Below are positions 8,882 through 18,038 of a stretch of DNA of 64,000 nt, one piece after another; position 1 is the first letter of the stretch; each line of letters begins with the position of its first letter. Below the pieces are notes generated by a model. That model did not search any database, had not been told where the DNA came from, and saw only the letters and a list, made by a program, of their open reading frames with translations. Position numbers and translations under genes: made by a program. This DNA is from Dehalococcoidia bacterium (lineage in GTDB: Bacteria > Chloroflexota > Dehalococcoidia > Dehalococcoidales > UBA1222), in the NCBI GenBank assembly GCA_003597995.1, contig QZJY01000016.1:751-64750 (forward strand), given 5' to 3'.

Positions 8882-9196
8882 TCAAGCCTCGAGCGCCTGC
8901 TTCAGTTCTTCGTACTTCATGTATTTTTGCTGGGAGATGATATTACCGTCGATGCTGATAATGGGTAAGATGCCAACGCCTTTGGCCTTTATCATCTGCA
9001 AGATGTCCAGGTTCTGGCGGTATACGTCCAGGTTGTGCGACATATTGGCGCGCTGAATTTGCATTTCCGGGTAGTCTTTTTTCAGTTTCTTGAGCGTGTC
9101 GGCGAATTCTACCAGAATCTTGTCCGGTTCAACCCCGCAGACGCCCGAATCGCAGCACATAGTCCCTTCAAAAATCGCTAATTTCTTGTGTTTCAT
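8882..9196 (-). CDS. arsD: ArsD-like arsenic metallochaperone / repressor family protein
   Basis: 104 aa. N-terminal FEGTMCCDSGVCG matches the ArsD Cys12-Cys13-Cys18 site. No arsA or arsB is present in the window. Confidence 0.7.
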   Translation of the reverse strand: MKHKKLAIFEGTMCCDSGVCGVEPDKILVEFADTLKKLKKDYPEMQIQRANMSHNLDVYRQNLDILQMIKAKGVGILPIISIDGNIISQQKYMKYEELKQALEA

Positions 9197-9496
9197 TCTA
9201 CTATATCCCCTATTTGGAAAATTTTGTTATTCACCTATATGCGCATTAACGCCTGCAATATAGTAAATCAATGGACAGAATAAAGTCAATAGGTTGTCAG
9301 ATACAGCGTAAAATATTATTTGGGATAATATCATGAAAGACGGAAGGTAGGTATAGTGAAGGGTTGGTGGAGTCTTATTCCGGATGTTTGAGCCTGTTAA
9401 GCTTGGATTGACTTCCGGGGCTCTGTCGCTCCACCATCGATTGGGAAAAAGCACGGCTCTGACATGCTCCCGCTTTTTTAGCACCTTGGCATGAGG

Positions 9497-9526
9497 TAAA
9501 CAGAAAGAGCGGGTTTTATCCCGCCC
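9497..9526 (-). terminator. intrinsic terminator after the Cys-Cys peptide gene
   Basis: On the minus strand: gggcggg-ataaaa-cccgctc followed by tttctgttt. Confidence 0.5.
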
Positions 9527-9560
9527 TGCGATTGAGAACCTCACTTGATAAATCTGGTGC

Positions 9561-9791
9561 TTACTTGTTGCAGCAATCCTCGGAAACCGGGGTGGCGGTA
9601 GTTTGGGCGGCTGCTCCTCCAGAACAGCAACCGGCCGCTACGGGAGCTGTTGTTGTGCAGCAGGGAGGGGTGGCATCAAGCTGTGTGGTTCCTGAACGGA
9701 AGAGTCCTCCGGCGAGGACAGGCGCGGCAAATAACCCGATGCCTGCCACAATGGCAACAGCCACGATAACAGCCACCAGTATTTTTTTCAT
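9561..9791 (-). CDS. small exported or membrane-anchored peptide with three vicinal Cys-Cys pairs
   Basis: 76 aa with a hydrophobic N-terminus (MKKILVAVIVAVAIVAGIGLF), then PPCC..GCC..DCCNK. AGGGAGG lies upstream of the ATG and a terminator follows. Confidence 0.6.
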   Translation of the reverse strand: MKKILVAVIVAVAIVAGIGLFAAPVLAGGLFRSGTTQLDATPPCCTTTAPVAAGCCSGGAAAQTTATPVSEDCCNK

Positions 9792-9902
9792 TTTTCCTCC
9801 CTCTTTGTAATTTCGTTTAGTATAGTCTCGCTTTGCGTGAGATGCAACTAGGCTTGAGTCTGGTCAATCAGCCGGATTTACTTCAACAATCAGGCTCAAC
9901 GC

Positions 9903-10436
9903 TCATCTGGTTTTGAATTTCAGATAGTACAGCAGCCCGGCGATGCTCTTGGCGTCCTGGATGCCGCCTTTATGGATAAGCTCGACAGCCTCGACAAGCG
10001 GCATCTTGACCACTTTTATCTCTTCAGTATCATCCGCTATTAGGCGCGCGGGCGCGAGCTCCGTCGCCAGGAAAAGGTGCAAATATTCGCTGGCGTATCC
10101 TGGGGCCGAATAAAACCCTCCCAGGGCCTCCAGCTTGCCGGGGGCATAACCGGTCTCTTCCTGCATCTCGCGGTGGGCGGTTTCCTCAGGGGTCTCGCCG
10201 AGGTCGATGCCTCCGGCGGGAATTTCAAGCAACTCCTTGTTTGCCGCGTGTCTGAACTGACGCACTAAAAGCACGTTCTTCGCTTCGTCTATGGCTACTA
10301 TGGCCACCGCGCCGTTGTGCTCTATCACCTCGCGCACGGTCTCTTTACCCGAGGGCAGCACGACGCCATCCACGCGCAGGCGGATATTGTGCCCCTTATA
10401 GACGTAGCGGCTGGAGATCGTGCGGTAGTCCTTCAC
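9903..10436 (-). CDS. NUDIX hydrolase (ADP-ribose pyrophosphatase-like)
   Basis: Nudix box GGIDLGETPEETAHREMQEETGY. The start is set at GTG 10436, forming a GTGA overlap with the upstream stop. The ORF track extends to 10556. Confidence 0.8.
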   Translation of the reverse strand: MKDYRTISSRYVYKGHNIRLRVDGVVLPSGKETVREVIEHNGAVAIVAIDEAKNVLLVRQFRHAANKELLEIPAGGIDLGETPEETAHREMQEETGYAPGKLEALGGFYSAPGYASEYLHLFLATELAPARLIADDTEEIKVVKMPLVEAVELIHKGGIQDAKSIAGLLYYLKFKTR

Positions 10437-10900
10437 GGCTGCTTGACCCGGTATATGAGGGCGGCTTCGTCGCAGTTGGGGAACTTGGGGCAGCGGTAGC
10501 ACTCGCCCCATATTTTGTGGGGTAAAGTGGCCTTGTCCTCTTCCACAAAGCCGCATTTCTCAAAGAATGGCTTGACATAGGTCAGGCAGAATATATTGAG
10601 AATGCCGAGCGCTTTAGCTTCGTCCAGGCAGGCTTTTACCAGCTTTTCACCCAGACCTTTACGGCGGTGCTCTTCGCTGACGGCGAGTGACTTCACCTCG
10701 GCCAGGTCGCTCCAGGCGATGTGAAGAGCGGCGCAGGCCACAACCCCGCCCGACTCGCGCACCACGAAGAAATCGCGGATGTTCTCGTATATTTCCGAGA
10801 GCGGCCTTGGCAGCATCTCGCCACGCTCGGCGAAGGAATTGACCATCTTTTGTATATCGACGGCATCGTCTATGCGAGCTTTTTCAATCTTGTAGGGCAT
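10433..10900 (-). CDS. GNAT family N-acetyltransferase (short ArgA-like)
   Basis: 155 aa with the acetyl-CoA motif VSEEHRRKGLGEKLV. Confidence 0.8.
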   Translation of the reverse strand: MPYKIEKARIDDAVDIQKMVNSFAERGEMLPRPLSEIYENIRDFFVVRESGGVVACAALHIAWSDLAEVKSLAVSEEHRRKGLGEKLVKACLDEAKALGILNIFCLTYVKPFFEKCGFVEEDKATLPHKIWGECYRCPKFPNCDEAALIYRVKQP

Positions 10901-11738
10901 AAAATTCTCCCCTTAGTTTGCGACCCAGCGAGGCATAGAAATGCGCTGGCGGGTCAACTCTCAAAAAACGGGTACGCTTGGCGCTGGCTTTCACCGTTAT
11001 GCTCGCCCCGTCGTGAAGCTCGATGCTGATATGCCCGTCGATGCTGAGAGTGGCCGGATTGGTGGTCGACAACTTGAGATTGATGATGTTCGTGGGATGC
11101 AGCACCAGCGGGTAGTGCATGGAAAGATGCGGCAGGATAGGTACCAGCAGCAGGTGTGTCGATTGCGGGTTGAGGATGGGGCCTCCGGCGGCCAGAGCGT
11201 AACCCGTACTGCCGGTGGCAGTTGCCACCAGCGCGCCGTCGGCCTTATATGTGTCTACTTTGGCGCCATCCACGCTGGCGGTAACCTCTATAATGCGGGC
11301 GATGGCGCCTCTAGCCATTACCACATCGTTCAAGACGTGAAAGCTGCGAGTTTCCTTTTTGCCGTTCACGGTTTGGTGCAACACAACATCGAGCATGGCG
11401 CGTTTGTCGAGCCAGCCCTTTCCGGCCAGGAGCGCCAGCAGCCTTTCACCGCCGTCTTCCGGCGGAATCTCGGTAAGGAATCCCAGCTGTCCCAGGTTGA
11501 CGCCGGTGATGGGGATGGGAGCGCCGTCGAGTATCTGGGCCACGCGCAGGATGGTGCCGTCACCGCCGACGGTAAGGATGAGGTCGGTACCCGGGAAATG
11601 CGGGCGCAGCTCTGCCTCATCCCAGGCCGAGCTCTGCCAGTGTTCCAACCCTTGCGACTCCAGAATTGAAGCCAGCTTGCGCGTCAGTTCAGGCGAACGG
11701 GCATTGAGGGGGTGATAGGCTATGCCGACCTTTTTCAT
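10884..11738 (-). CDS. nadK: NAD+ kinase
   Basis: 284 aa with the GGDGTILR and TGSTGYALAAGGP motifs. Confidence 0.9.
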   Translation of the reverse strand: MKKVGIAYHPLNARSPELTRKLASILESQGLEHWQSSAWDEAELRPHFPGTDLILTVGGDGTILRVAQILDGAPIPITGVNLGQLGFLTEIPPEDGGERLLALLAGKGWLDKRAMLDVVLHQTVNGKKETRSFHVLNDVVMARGAIARIIEVTASVDGAKVDTYKADGALVATATGSTGYALAAGGPILNPQSTHLLLVPILPHLSMHYPLVLHPTNIINLKLSTTNPATLSIDGHISIELHDGASITVKASAKRTRFLRVDPPAHFYASLGRKLRGEFYALQD

Positions 11739-11816
11739 ACGATAAATTTACTCTCCGCGATGGTATCAGAATGGCAGTTTAACAATCCGCCTTACAGACT
11801 GTCAAGCGTTGCAGGG

Positions 11817-12161
11817 TTAACGGCGGGCGGACAAAAAGAGGACGACGATGCCGAGGAGGATGATGAGGCCGGCTCCGGTAGACATCATGAAAATAAAATT
11901 GAACGCCTTGAACGTGCCAGCCAACAAGATGATCCCGATCACAACGAATGCTCCACCCAACCAGCGCAGACGGTTCCGTCGGCTTGCCTTGATGCACTCC
12001 TCCTCAATCTCGGTGGCGGTGGGACGCCTGACCCTGATAGGTGGTGGTGGAGCTGGAGGCGGAGGCGCGACAGCTTTGCGGCCGGGCATACCTCGGAAAA
12101 CCAATAGGATAACGCCGACTATAATAAGAATAACGATTATTTCCAATGGTCCCAGCTTCAT
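11817..12161 (-). CDS. small membrane protein with TatA-like N-terminal helix, poly-Pro segment and two C-terminal TM segments
   Basis: 114 aa containing MKLGPLEIIVILIIVGVILLVF and PPPPAPPPP. Function unknown. Confidence 0.45.
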   Translation of the reverse strand: MKLGPLEIIVILIIVGVILLVFRGMPGRKAVAPPPPAPPPPIRVRRPTATEIEEECIKASRRNRLRWLGGAFVVIGIILLAGTFKAFNFIFMMSTGAGLIILLGIVVLFLSARR

Positions 12162-12291
12162 TTCAACTCCGGTGGATTAATTCTTTATAGCATAGCATAA
12201 TAGTGGCTTTGGGCGAAAATCGGACGGGGAGGACAGGCGTTTCGCGATGATTAAGCTCGTGCGTAATCGCGGGGGTGGTCAGCGGTAAACG

Positions 12292-13563
12292 TCAAGCAGG
12301 GACGGATTTTCCCTGCGTCCTGCGATAAAGGAACGAAACGACAAACAGAATCACTCCCAGCACAGCGCAGGATATGGCAAAGATGAGGAGAGGGTTCATA
12401 AGGCTGTCGATGAGCTGCACCAGCCAGGGTTGCATTGAAGGTGGAACCCCCGTGAGCGCTGATGCCATCTGGTTATGTATCAGCCCGCGTGAGATTATCA
12501 CGCCGGCTGCCTCGGTAACTCCATAGGTCATGAATGTCCCTCCCAGTATGCGGCAGGTAGTTTTTACATTGCGGTTTACCAGGATGATGAAAAGAATGAG
12601 TAAGACGCTCAGTCCGACCAGCGCCCAGAAGCCCTCCTGGTAATATACGACCCAGCGTCTGGCTTCAGCGAGGCTGCTCTGGGCGCTATCCAGCGCTTGT
12701 CCTATTTCTGCTGGCTGTCCCAAACCTATTTCGGACGAGTTGAGGTCGATATTGGCAGGCATCTGGGACACGGTTTGCGCCCAGAATATGTCAAAAGCGG
12801 GAGAAAGCAGTGCCCGGGGCAAACCGGCAAGCGAAGGAGGTGGGGAAGCCAGGAAGGCCGATTTCAGGGTCGAGGCGATATCATCCAGCACTGGACTTAT
12901 TGGAATGCTGAGGTCAAGGGCGGAACTGGCACCCAGGATAAAATCGTAAAGTTTGGGAATCAGCAGGCTAAGCTGCTCTTTGAAATACGGTTCGATGACG
13001 GGTATGATGCTGTCTATGTACGGCGTGAGGTTGATGTTAAAACCCGCGACGACCACTCCTTCCGGCGGCAGGCTTTGTAACAACCAGTCGCGGACAACAG
13101 TGCTGAAGTCGATGTCGTTCAGAATAGATATGGCCAGGCGCGGGTCGAGGATGCTGTTTTTAAGCGTACTGCGCAGGTTCAGCGTCCCGCCATGCAACAG
13201 ATATTCGTATATGTCGGAAACGGCTTTGGTAACGGCGCTTTTGAGGGCGGGGGCGTTGTGGGTCACCGCACTCTTCAGGCTGGAAATTAGTTCAGGATGG
13301 GCGGCCAGTTGTTCATCTTTTTGCAGTTCAGGGAGGACTTCTTCGTTGAACAGAGCTACCACGTCGAGTTTATCGATCTGAGCGGTAACGAAGCCGGAGT
13401 TGAGCGCCGTGGCGTTTATAGTGATGGCCACCCCCATCACCGTGAGGCAAAGGAAAAGCAGCAGACTTAGCAGCGTGCTGGCCAGGGCTTTTAGCACTTT
13501 CATATTTACAGTACTCGGCGTTTTGATTGAGTCCATACTACACGTGATGCGGGTGGGTGTCAA
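12292..13563 (-). CDS. large membrane protein of unknown function (N- and C-terminal TM segments, big extracytoplasmic middle)
   Basis: 423-aa ORF with genome-typical codon usage. No family recognised. Confidence 0.5.
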   Translation of the reverse strand: MTPTRITCSMDSIKTPSTVNMKVLKALASTLLSLLLFLCLTVMGVAITINATALNSGFVTAQIDKLDVVALFNEEVLPELQKDEQLAAHPELISSLKSAVTHNAPALKSAVTKAVSDIYEYLLHGGTLNLRSTLKNSILDPRLAISILNDIDFSTVVRDWLLQSLPPEGVVVAGFNINLTPYIDSIIPVIEPYFKEQLSLLIPKLYDFILGASSALDLSIPISPVLDDIASTLKSAFLASPPPSLAGLPRALLSPAFDIFWAQTVSQMPANIDLNSSEIGLGQPAEIGQALDSAQSSLAEARRWVVYYQEGFWALVGLSVLLILFIILVNRNVKTTCRILGGTFMTYGVTEAAGVIISRGLIHNQMASALTGVPPSMQPWLVQLIDSLMNPLLIFAISCAVLGVILFVVSFLYRRTQGKSVPA

Positions 13564-13624
13564 TCAGTACTAGAGAGGGAGGAGGCGCACCTGCCTCAAG
13601 CGTCAATAATTGGACCTATACCCC

Positions 13625-13653
13625 TTGACAAAACAGTGTTAGACATGCTAAAT
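13625..13653 (+). promoter_or_regulatory. sigma70-type promoter of the hrcA operon
   Basis: TTGACA (13625-13630), a 17-nt spacer, then CTAAAT (13648-13653). Confidence 0.6.
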
Positions 13654-13655
13654 TG

Positions 13656-13682
13656 TTAGCAGTCTCAACAATAGATTGCTAA
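13656..13682 (+). promoter_or_regulatory. CIRCE operator (HrcA binding site)
   Basis: TTAGCAGTC-N9-GATTGCTAA against the consensus TTAGCACTC-N9-GAGTGCTAA. It ends 4 nt upstream of the hrcA ATG. Confidence 0.9.
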
Positions 13683-13686
13683 TTAT

Positions 13687-14736
13687 ATGCTGCGACCTCG
13701 TGAAGAATTAATCCTTAGCTCCATCATCCGCCAGTATATCTCGCGGGCTATGCCCGTATCCTCATCCAGCGTGCTGGACGAGTGCGGGCTGGACGTGAGC
13801 TCGGCCACCGTGCGCAACGATGTGGTCCGCCTGGAGGAAGAAGGCTATATCTCGCGCCCGCATCACGCCGCGGGTTCCGTGCCCTCGGACAAGGGTTACC
13901 GGCACTACGTCGGCTCGCTCAAGGGCATTGAACTGCCACTGGAGGAACAGTTTCTTATCAACCACCTCTTCCACCAGGTAGAGGACAAACTCGAGGAGTG
14001 GCTCAACCTGGCGGTTACATTGCTGGCACAGCAGGTTAAAAACGTGGCCGTGGTGACCACGCCGCGCCCGGCGGCCGCCAAATTCAAGCACATGGAGCTG
14101 GTATCCATCCAGCCGCAAATGGCCCTGGTGGTGCTGGTGCTGCATGGGGCCAAGGTGCGCCAGCAACTGGTGAATTTCGAAGAGCCCTCTACCCAGGAAA
14201 CGTTGACGCATATGGCGGGACGCCTCAGCAAGCTCTTTGCCACGCAGTCTGCGGCGCAAATAGCCTCCAAAATGGAAAACCTTACGCCGGCGGAAAGACG
14301 CGTGGCGGAACACGTGCTTCACATGATGCAGGCCGAGGACGCGCAGAGCGGGCAGGGGCTCTTCCTCGAAGGCTGGCATTTCCTCATCAACCAGCCGGAG
14401 TTCAGCCAGGGGCCGCGCCTGGTCAATCTTATCAACCTGGCGGAACAGAAGAAGCTGGCCGAGTTGATGATACCTGAAAACCCGGCCGAACACGGGATAC
14501 GCGTCATCATCGGGCGCGAGAACAAGGACGAAGCCGTGCAGGACTGCAGCCTGGTCATCAGCCGCTACGGACTGCCGGATGAGCCGCTCGGCAGCATCGC
14601 CGTGGTGGGGCCCACTCGCATGGAATACGAGCGCACCATAGCCGTTATAAGCTATGTTTCCTCCCTTATCAGTCTGCTGGTGACCGAACTATACGGCGTT
14701 ATGCCCAGGGGGCATGGCCGCGAAACGCACAACTAA
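13687..14736 (+). CDS. hrcA: heat-inducible transcription repressor HrcA
   Basis: 349 aa with an N-terminal winged helix (ATVRNDVVRLEEEGYISRPH). CIRCE lies upstream and grpE-dnaK-dnaJ downstream. Confidence 0.9.
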   Translation: MLRPREELILSSIIRQYISRAMPVSSSSVLDECGLDVSSATVRNDVVRLEEEGYISRPHHAAGSVPSDKGYRHYVGSLKGIELPLEEQFLINHLFHQVEDKLEEWLNLAVTLLAQQVKNVAVVTTPRPAAAKFKHMELVSIQPQMALVVLVLHGAKVRQQLVNFEEPSTQETLTHMAGRLSKLFATQSAAQIASKMENLTPAERRVAEHVLHMMQAEDAQSGQGLFLEGWHFLINQPEFSQGPRLVNLINLAEQKKLAELMIPENPAEHGIRVIIGRENKDEAVQDCSLVISRYGLPDEPLGSIAVVGPTRMEYERTIAVISYVSSLISLLVTELYGVMPRGHGRETHN

Positions 14737-14754
14737 TCTTTACAGGATGGAAAG

Positions 14755-15327
14755 ATGCTTGATCCCAGATTCGAAGACATGCCGGAGCGTGGTGAAATAA
14801 GAGAAAGGCCAGAGGAGCTAGAGCCCGTGGTAAATATCGCCGCGCTCAAACAGGAGATCATAGACGCCAAAGCCAAGGCTCAGGAATACTTGGAAGGCTG
14901 GCAGCGCGGGCAGGCGGACTTCGTCAATTTTAAGAAGCGACTGGAACAGGACAAAATCGACGCCGCCAAATACGCTAATGCCGGGCTAATCCTCAAAATA
15001 CTGCCCGTGCTGGACGATTTCGAGCGTGCTGTCGGCGCTGTGCCGCCATCCATGGCTAAAGAACCGTGGGTGGGAGGCATCAACGGCATCGCGCGCAAGC
15101 TGGAAAGCGTTCTAGAGTCAGTAGGGCTCACTGCCATCAAAGCGCAGGGCGAGTTCTTCGACCCTAACCTGCACGAGGCCTCCGGCTCGGCCCCCGGTCC
15201 TGAAGGTCTGGTAGTGATGGAACTGGAAAAGGGATACAAGCTGGCCGACCGGGTTCTCAGACCGGCCCGCGTGATGGTCGGCAACGGCGAAGGGGATTCG
15301 GAAAACGAGTCTTCGATGGAAGAATAA
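14755..15327 (+). CDS. grpE: nucleotide exchange factor GrpE
   Basis: 190 aa with RGQADFVNFKKR, DDFERA, and KGYKLADRVLRPARV at the C-terminus. Confidence 0.9.
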   Translation: MLDPRFEDMPERGEIRERPEELEPVVNIAALKQEIIDAKAKAQEYLEGWQRGQADFVNFKKRLEQDKIDAAKYANAGLILKILPVLDDFERAVGAVPPSMAKEPWVGGINGIARKLESVLESVGLTAIKAQGEFFDPNLHEASGSAPGPEGLVVMELEKGYKLADRVLRPARVMVGNGEGDSENESSMEE

Positions 15328-15332
15328 TACGA

Positions 15333-15447
15333 AAAATTCTAAATTCTAATATCTAAATACTAAATAATGTCAAAGTTAAAAATTCAAAATGAGGCATTCG
15401 GTCATTTGGATTTATTTAGGATTTGGTGCTTAGTGCTTAGAATTTCG
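15333..15447. repeat. AT-rich intergenic element, full copy (grpE-dnaK spacer)
   Basis: The first 36 nt (aaaaattctaaattctaatatctaaatactaaataa) are identical to the reverse complement of 33785-33820. It carries 2 units of the CTAAGCA 7-mer. Confidence 0.8.
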
Positions 15448-15489
15448 GAAATCAATTACTTTTAGTACAAAGAGAGGAGTATTTAGAAC

Positions 15490-17421
15490 ATGTCAAAAGC
15501 AGTTGGAATCGACCTGGGCACCACTTTCAGTGAAATAGCCGTCATGCAGGGCGGCGAGCCGGTGGTTATCCCCTCAGCCGAGGGCGGCAATATCACCCCT
15601 TCGGTGGTGGCGGTCAGCAAGACCGGCGAGAGGCTGGTGGGGCAGGTAGCCCGCCGTCAGGCCATCGTCAATCCAGAGAATACCATCTATCTTACCAAGC
15701 GCTTCATGGGACGCAAGTTCGGCGAACCGTCCGGGCGCGAACTTACAGTTGAAGAAGACGCCAAGCGCAAGCCGTATAAAGTGACGCGCGGCCCCAATAA
15801 CGAAGTCAGGATGGTCATGGGAGGCAAGGAATACAGCCCGCCCGAAATTTCGGCCATGATACTGCAGAAGCTCAAGGCCGATGCCGAGGCCTATCTGGGC
15901 GAAAAGGTGACGGAGGCCGTTATCACCGTGCCGGCCTATTTCAACGACTCGCAGCGCCAGGCCACCAAGGACGCCGGGCAAATCGCCGGGCTGAAAGTCC
16001 TGCGCATCATCAACGAGCCCACGGCGGCAGCGCTGGCCTACGGCCTGGATAAAAAGAAAGACGAGACCATCGCCGTGTACGACCTGGGCGGCGGCACCTT
16101 CGATATCTCCATTCTTGAGTTGGGAGAGGGCACCTTCCAGGTGAAGTCCACCGCCGGCGACACGCACCTGGGCGGCGACGACTTCGACCAGAAAATCATG
16201 GACTGGCTGGCGGACGAGTTCAAGCGCGACCAGGGCATCGACCTGCGCAAGGACAAGATGGCCATGCAGCGTCTCAAGGAAGCTGCCGAGAAAGCCAAGA
16301 TAGAACTATCTACCGTGCAGTCCACCGATGTCAACCTGCCCTTCATCACTGCCGACGCCAGCGGGCCAAAACATCTCAACATCAACCTGTCGCGTTCCAA
16401 GCTGGAGCAACTGGTGATGGACCTGGTGGAAAAGACCATGGGGCCCTGCCGCCAGGCGCTCGCCGATTCCGGCAAAAATGCCTCCCAGATTGACGAGGTC
16501 ATCCTCGTCGGCGGCCAGACGCGCATGCCGCTGGTGCAGCAGAAGGTCAAAGAACTCTTCGGCAAGGAGCCCAACAAGGGCGTCAACCCGGACGAGGTGG
16601 TGGCCGTGGGCGCCGCCATCCAGGCCGGCGTTCTCAAGGGCGAGGTCAAGGATGTTCTTCTCCTCGACGTGACGCCGCTCACTCTGGGCATCGAGACCAT
16701 GGGCGGGGTGGCCACGCCGCTCATCACGCGCAACACCACCATCCCCACCTCCAAGACACAGGTGTTCAGCACGGCCTCCGACAATCAGCCCAGCGTGGAG
16801 ATCAACGTGCTGCAGGGCGAACGCCCCATGTCCGCCGACAACCGCCAGCTGGGCAAGTTCGTGCTGGACGGCATCCTGCCCGCCCCGCGCGGCATCCCCC
16901 AGATAGAGGTGACCTTCGACGTCGATGCCAACGGCATCCTCAACGTCAAGGCGCGCGACAAGGGCACCGGCAAGGAACAGAAGATAACCATCACCGTCTC
17001 TACAGGCCTTTCCAAGGAAGATATCGACAAGATGCAGAAAGAGGCCGAGGCTCATGCCGCCGAAGACACCAAGCGCAAGGAAGAAGCCGAGGCGCGCAAT
17101 ATGGCCGACAGCATGGCTTATCAGGCCGAGAAGATGCTGGCGGATAACAAAGACAAGATACCTGCCGATATCGCTACCGAGATAACAGATAAGGTGAGTG
17201 AGCTCAAGCAGGCCATCACGGCAAACGATACCTCGCGCATGAAGAGCGCCACAGAGGAACTCTCGAAGGCTATGCAGAAGGCCGGAAGTCACGTCTATGG
17301 ACAGCAAGGTGGCCAGGGCCAACAGCCTCCTCCTCAGGGCGGAGAGCAGGGTGACACCGAACCGCCTCCCGGTGGCAAACCCGACGAGGGCACCGTTGAA
17401 GGCGAATTCCGTGAGGTCTAG
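15490..17421 (+). CDS. dnaK: molecular chaperone DnaK (Hsp70)
   Basis: 643 aa with the [15 protein letters not shown] and [11 protein letters not shown] signatures. Confidence 0.98.
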   Translation: MSKAVGIDLGTTFSEIAVMQGGEPVVIPSAEGGNITPSVVAVSKTGERLVGQVARRQAIVNPENTIYLTKRFMGRKFGEPSGRELTVEEDAKRKPYKVTRGPNNEVRMVMGGKEYSPPEISAMILQKLKADAEAYLGEKVTEAVITVPAYFNDSQRQATKDAGQIAGLKVLRIINEPTAAALAYGLDKKKDETIAVYDLGGGTFDISILELGEGTFQVKSTAGDTHLGGDDFDQKIMDWLADEFKRDQGIDLRKDKMAMQRLKEAAEKAKIELSTVQSTDVNLPFITADASGPKHLNINLSRSKLEQLVMDLVEKTMGPCRQALADSGKNASQIDEVILVGGQTRMPLVQQKVKELFGKEPNKGVNPDEVVAVGAAIQAGVLKGEVKDVLLLDVTPLTLGIETMGGVATPLITRNTTIPTSKTQVFSTASDNQPSVEINVLQGERPMSADNRQLGKFVLDGILPAPRGIPQIEVTFDVDANGILNVKARDKGTGKEQKITITVSTGLSKEDIDKMQKEAEAHAAEDTKRKEEAEARNMADSMAYQAEKMLADNKDKIPADIATEITDKVSELKQAITANDTSRMKSATEELSKAMQKAGSHVYGQQGGQGQQPPPQGGEQGDTEPPPGGKPDEGTVEGEFREV

Positions 17422-17463
17422 CGTTTAGACCACGGTGAGGCTATAATATAGCTGGTGAAAAAA

Positions 17464-17495
17464 CGAAGGGCTGGAGACATTTTTCCAGCCCTTCG
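17464..17495 (+). terminator. stem-loop after dnaK (possible attenuator or terminator)
   Basis: cgaagggctgg-agacattttt-ccagcccttcg with no clear 3' T tract. Confidence 0.35.
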
Positions 17496-17504
17496 CTCCT
17501 AAGT

Positions 17505-17560
17505 CCGAATTATTCTCATCCTGAGTCCGCCACAGGCGGGCGAAGGATCTGGCAAGACAG
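17505..17560. repeat. GC-rich hairpin module (gtccgcc-acag-gcgggc type)
   Basis: The same GTCCGCC-N4-GGCGG(A/G)C module occurs at about 42817, 50047 and 50661. Confidence 0.6.
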
Positions 17561-17640
17561 TAACTTTTCCTATGGACATAAGGGATGAGGTCGAGCCTTC
17601 GGCATTAATAACAATGCCTACCTGAGGAAAGAGTATCGGT

Positions 17641-18030
17641 TTGGCAACAACTCGCGACCATTACAGGGTTCTTACGGTGCGCCGTGATGCGAGCACCCCG
17701 CAGATAAAAGCGGCCTTCCGCAAAAAGGCCATGCGCTATCATCCCGACCACAATCCGGGAAAAGAGGCCTGGGCCAACAAGAAGCTGAAGGGCATCATCG
17801 AGGCTTATGAGGTACTGAGCGACCCCGCCCGGCGCAAGCTCTACGACCGCCGGCTCGCTCAGGCTGAGGAAACCTCTGTTCGCATGGAGATGCACCGCAG
17901 GCCGAAGTCCACCAGGCAGTACATGGTTAACATAATGCGCCACCAGGCGGTGCCCGGATGGGCCAGGACGGCGGCCTTCGCATACGTATTTTTCGACTAT
18001 TTTTCCAAGGAATCCAGAAGGGCGAAATAG
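17641..18030 (+). CDS. stand-alone J-domain protein
   Basis: 129 aa with a TTG start and a GAGGAAAGAG ribosome-binding region. It has [31 protein letters not shown] and no Zn-finger or C-terminal domains. Confidence 0.65.
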   Translation: MATTRDHYRVLTVRRDASTPQIKAAFRKKAMRYHPDHNPGKEAWANKKLKGIIEAYEVLSDPARRKLYDRRLAQAEETSVRMEMHRRPKSTRQYMVNIMRHQAVPGWARTAAFAYVFFDYFSKESRRAK

Positions 18031-18038
18031 GGGCTGAC

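Noticed and set aside
9230-9256. Possible ArsR operator (TATAT-N17-ATATA) upstream of arsD.
   Set aside because: Only 5-bp arms are truly symmetric in an AT-rich region, which is too weak to report as a feature.
9227-9544. 105-aa ORF in the AT-rich spacer between arsD and the Cys-Cys peptide gene, and a possible structured RNA at about 9362-9470.
   Set aside because: The ORF has atypical composition and no RBS, and it spans the likely arsD promoter and the neighbour's terminator. The stems I could draw are short, and no known riboswitch or ncRNA motif was recognisable.
10437-10556. N-terminal extensions offered by the ORF track: NUDIX to 10556, dnaJ from 17958, polA from 25182, gltX to 35399, nadC to 36810, hisI from 50236, DUF1385 to 51745, recX from 58609 and the fumarase beta subunit to 5236.
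   Set aside because: In each case a downstream start reproduces the conserved family N-terminus. It has a better RBS or stop-start coupling, and it removes overlap with the upstream gene or with repeat DNA.
15331-15489. A second CIRCE element or a dedicated heat-shock promoter in front of dnaK.
   Set aside because: No TTAGCACTC-N9-GAGTGCTAA-like inverted repeat is present. The spacer is occupied by the AT-rich repeat element instead.
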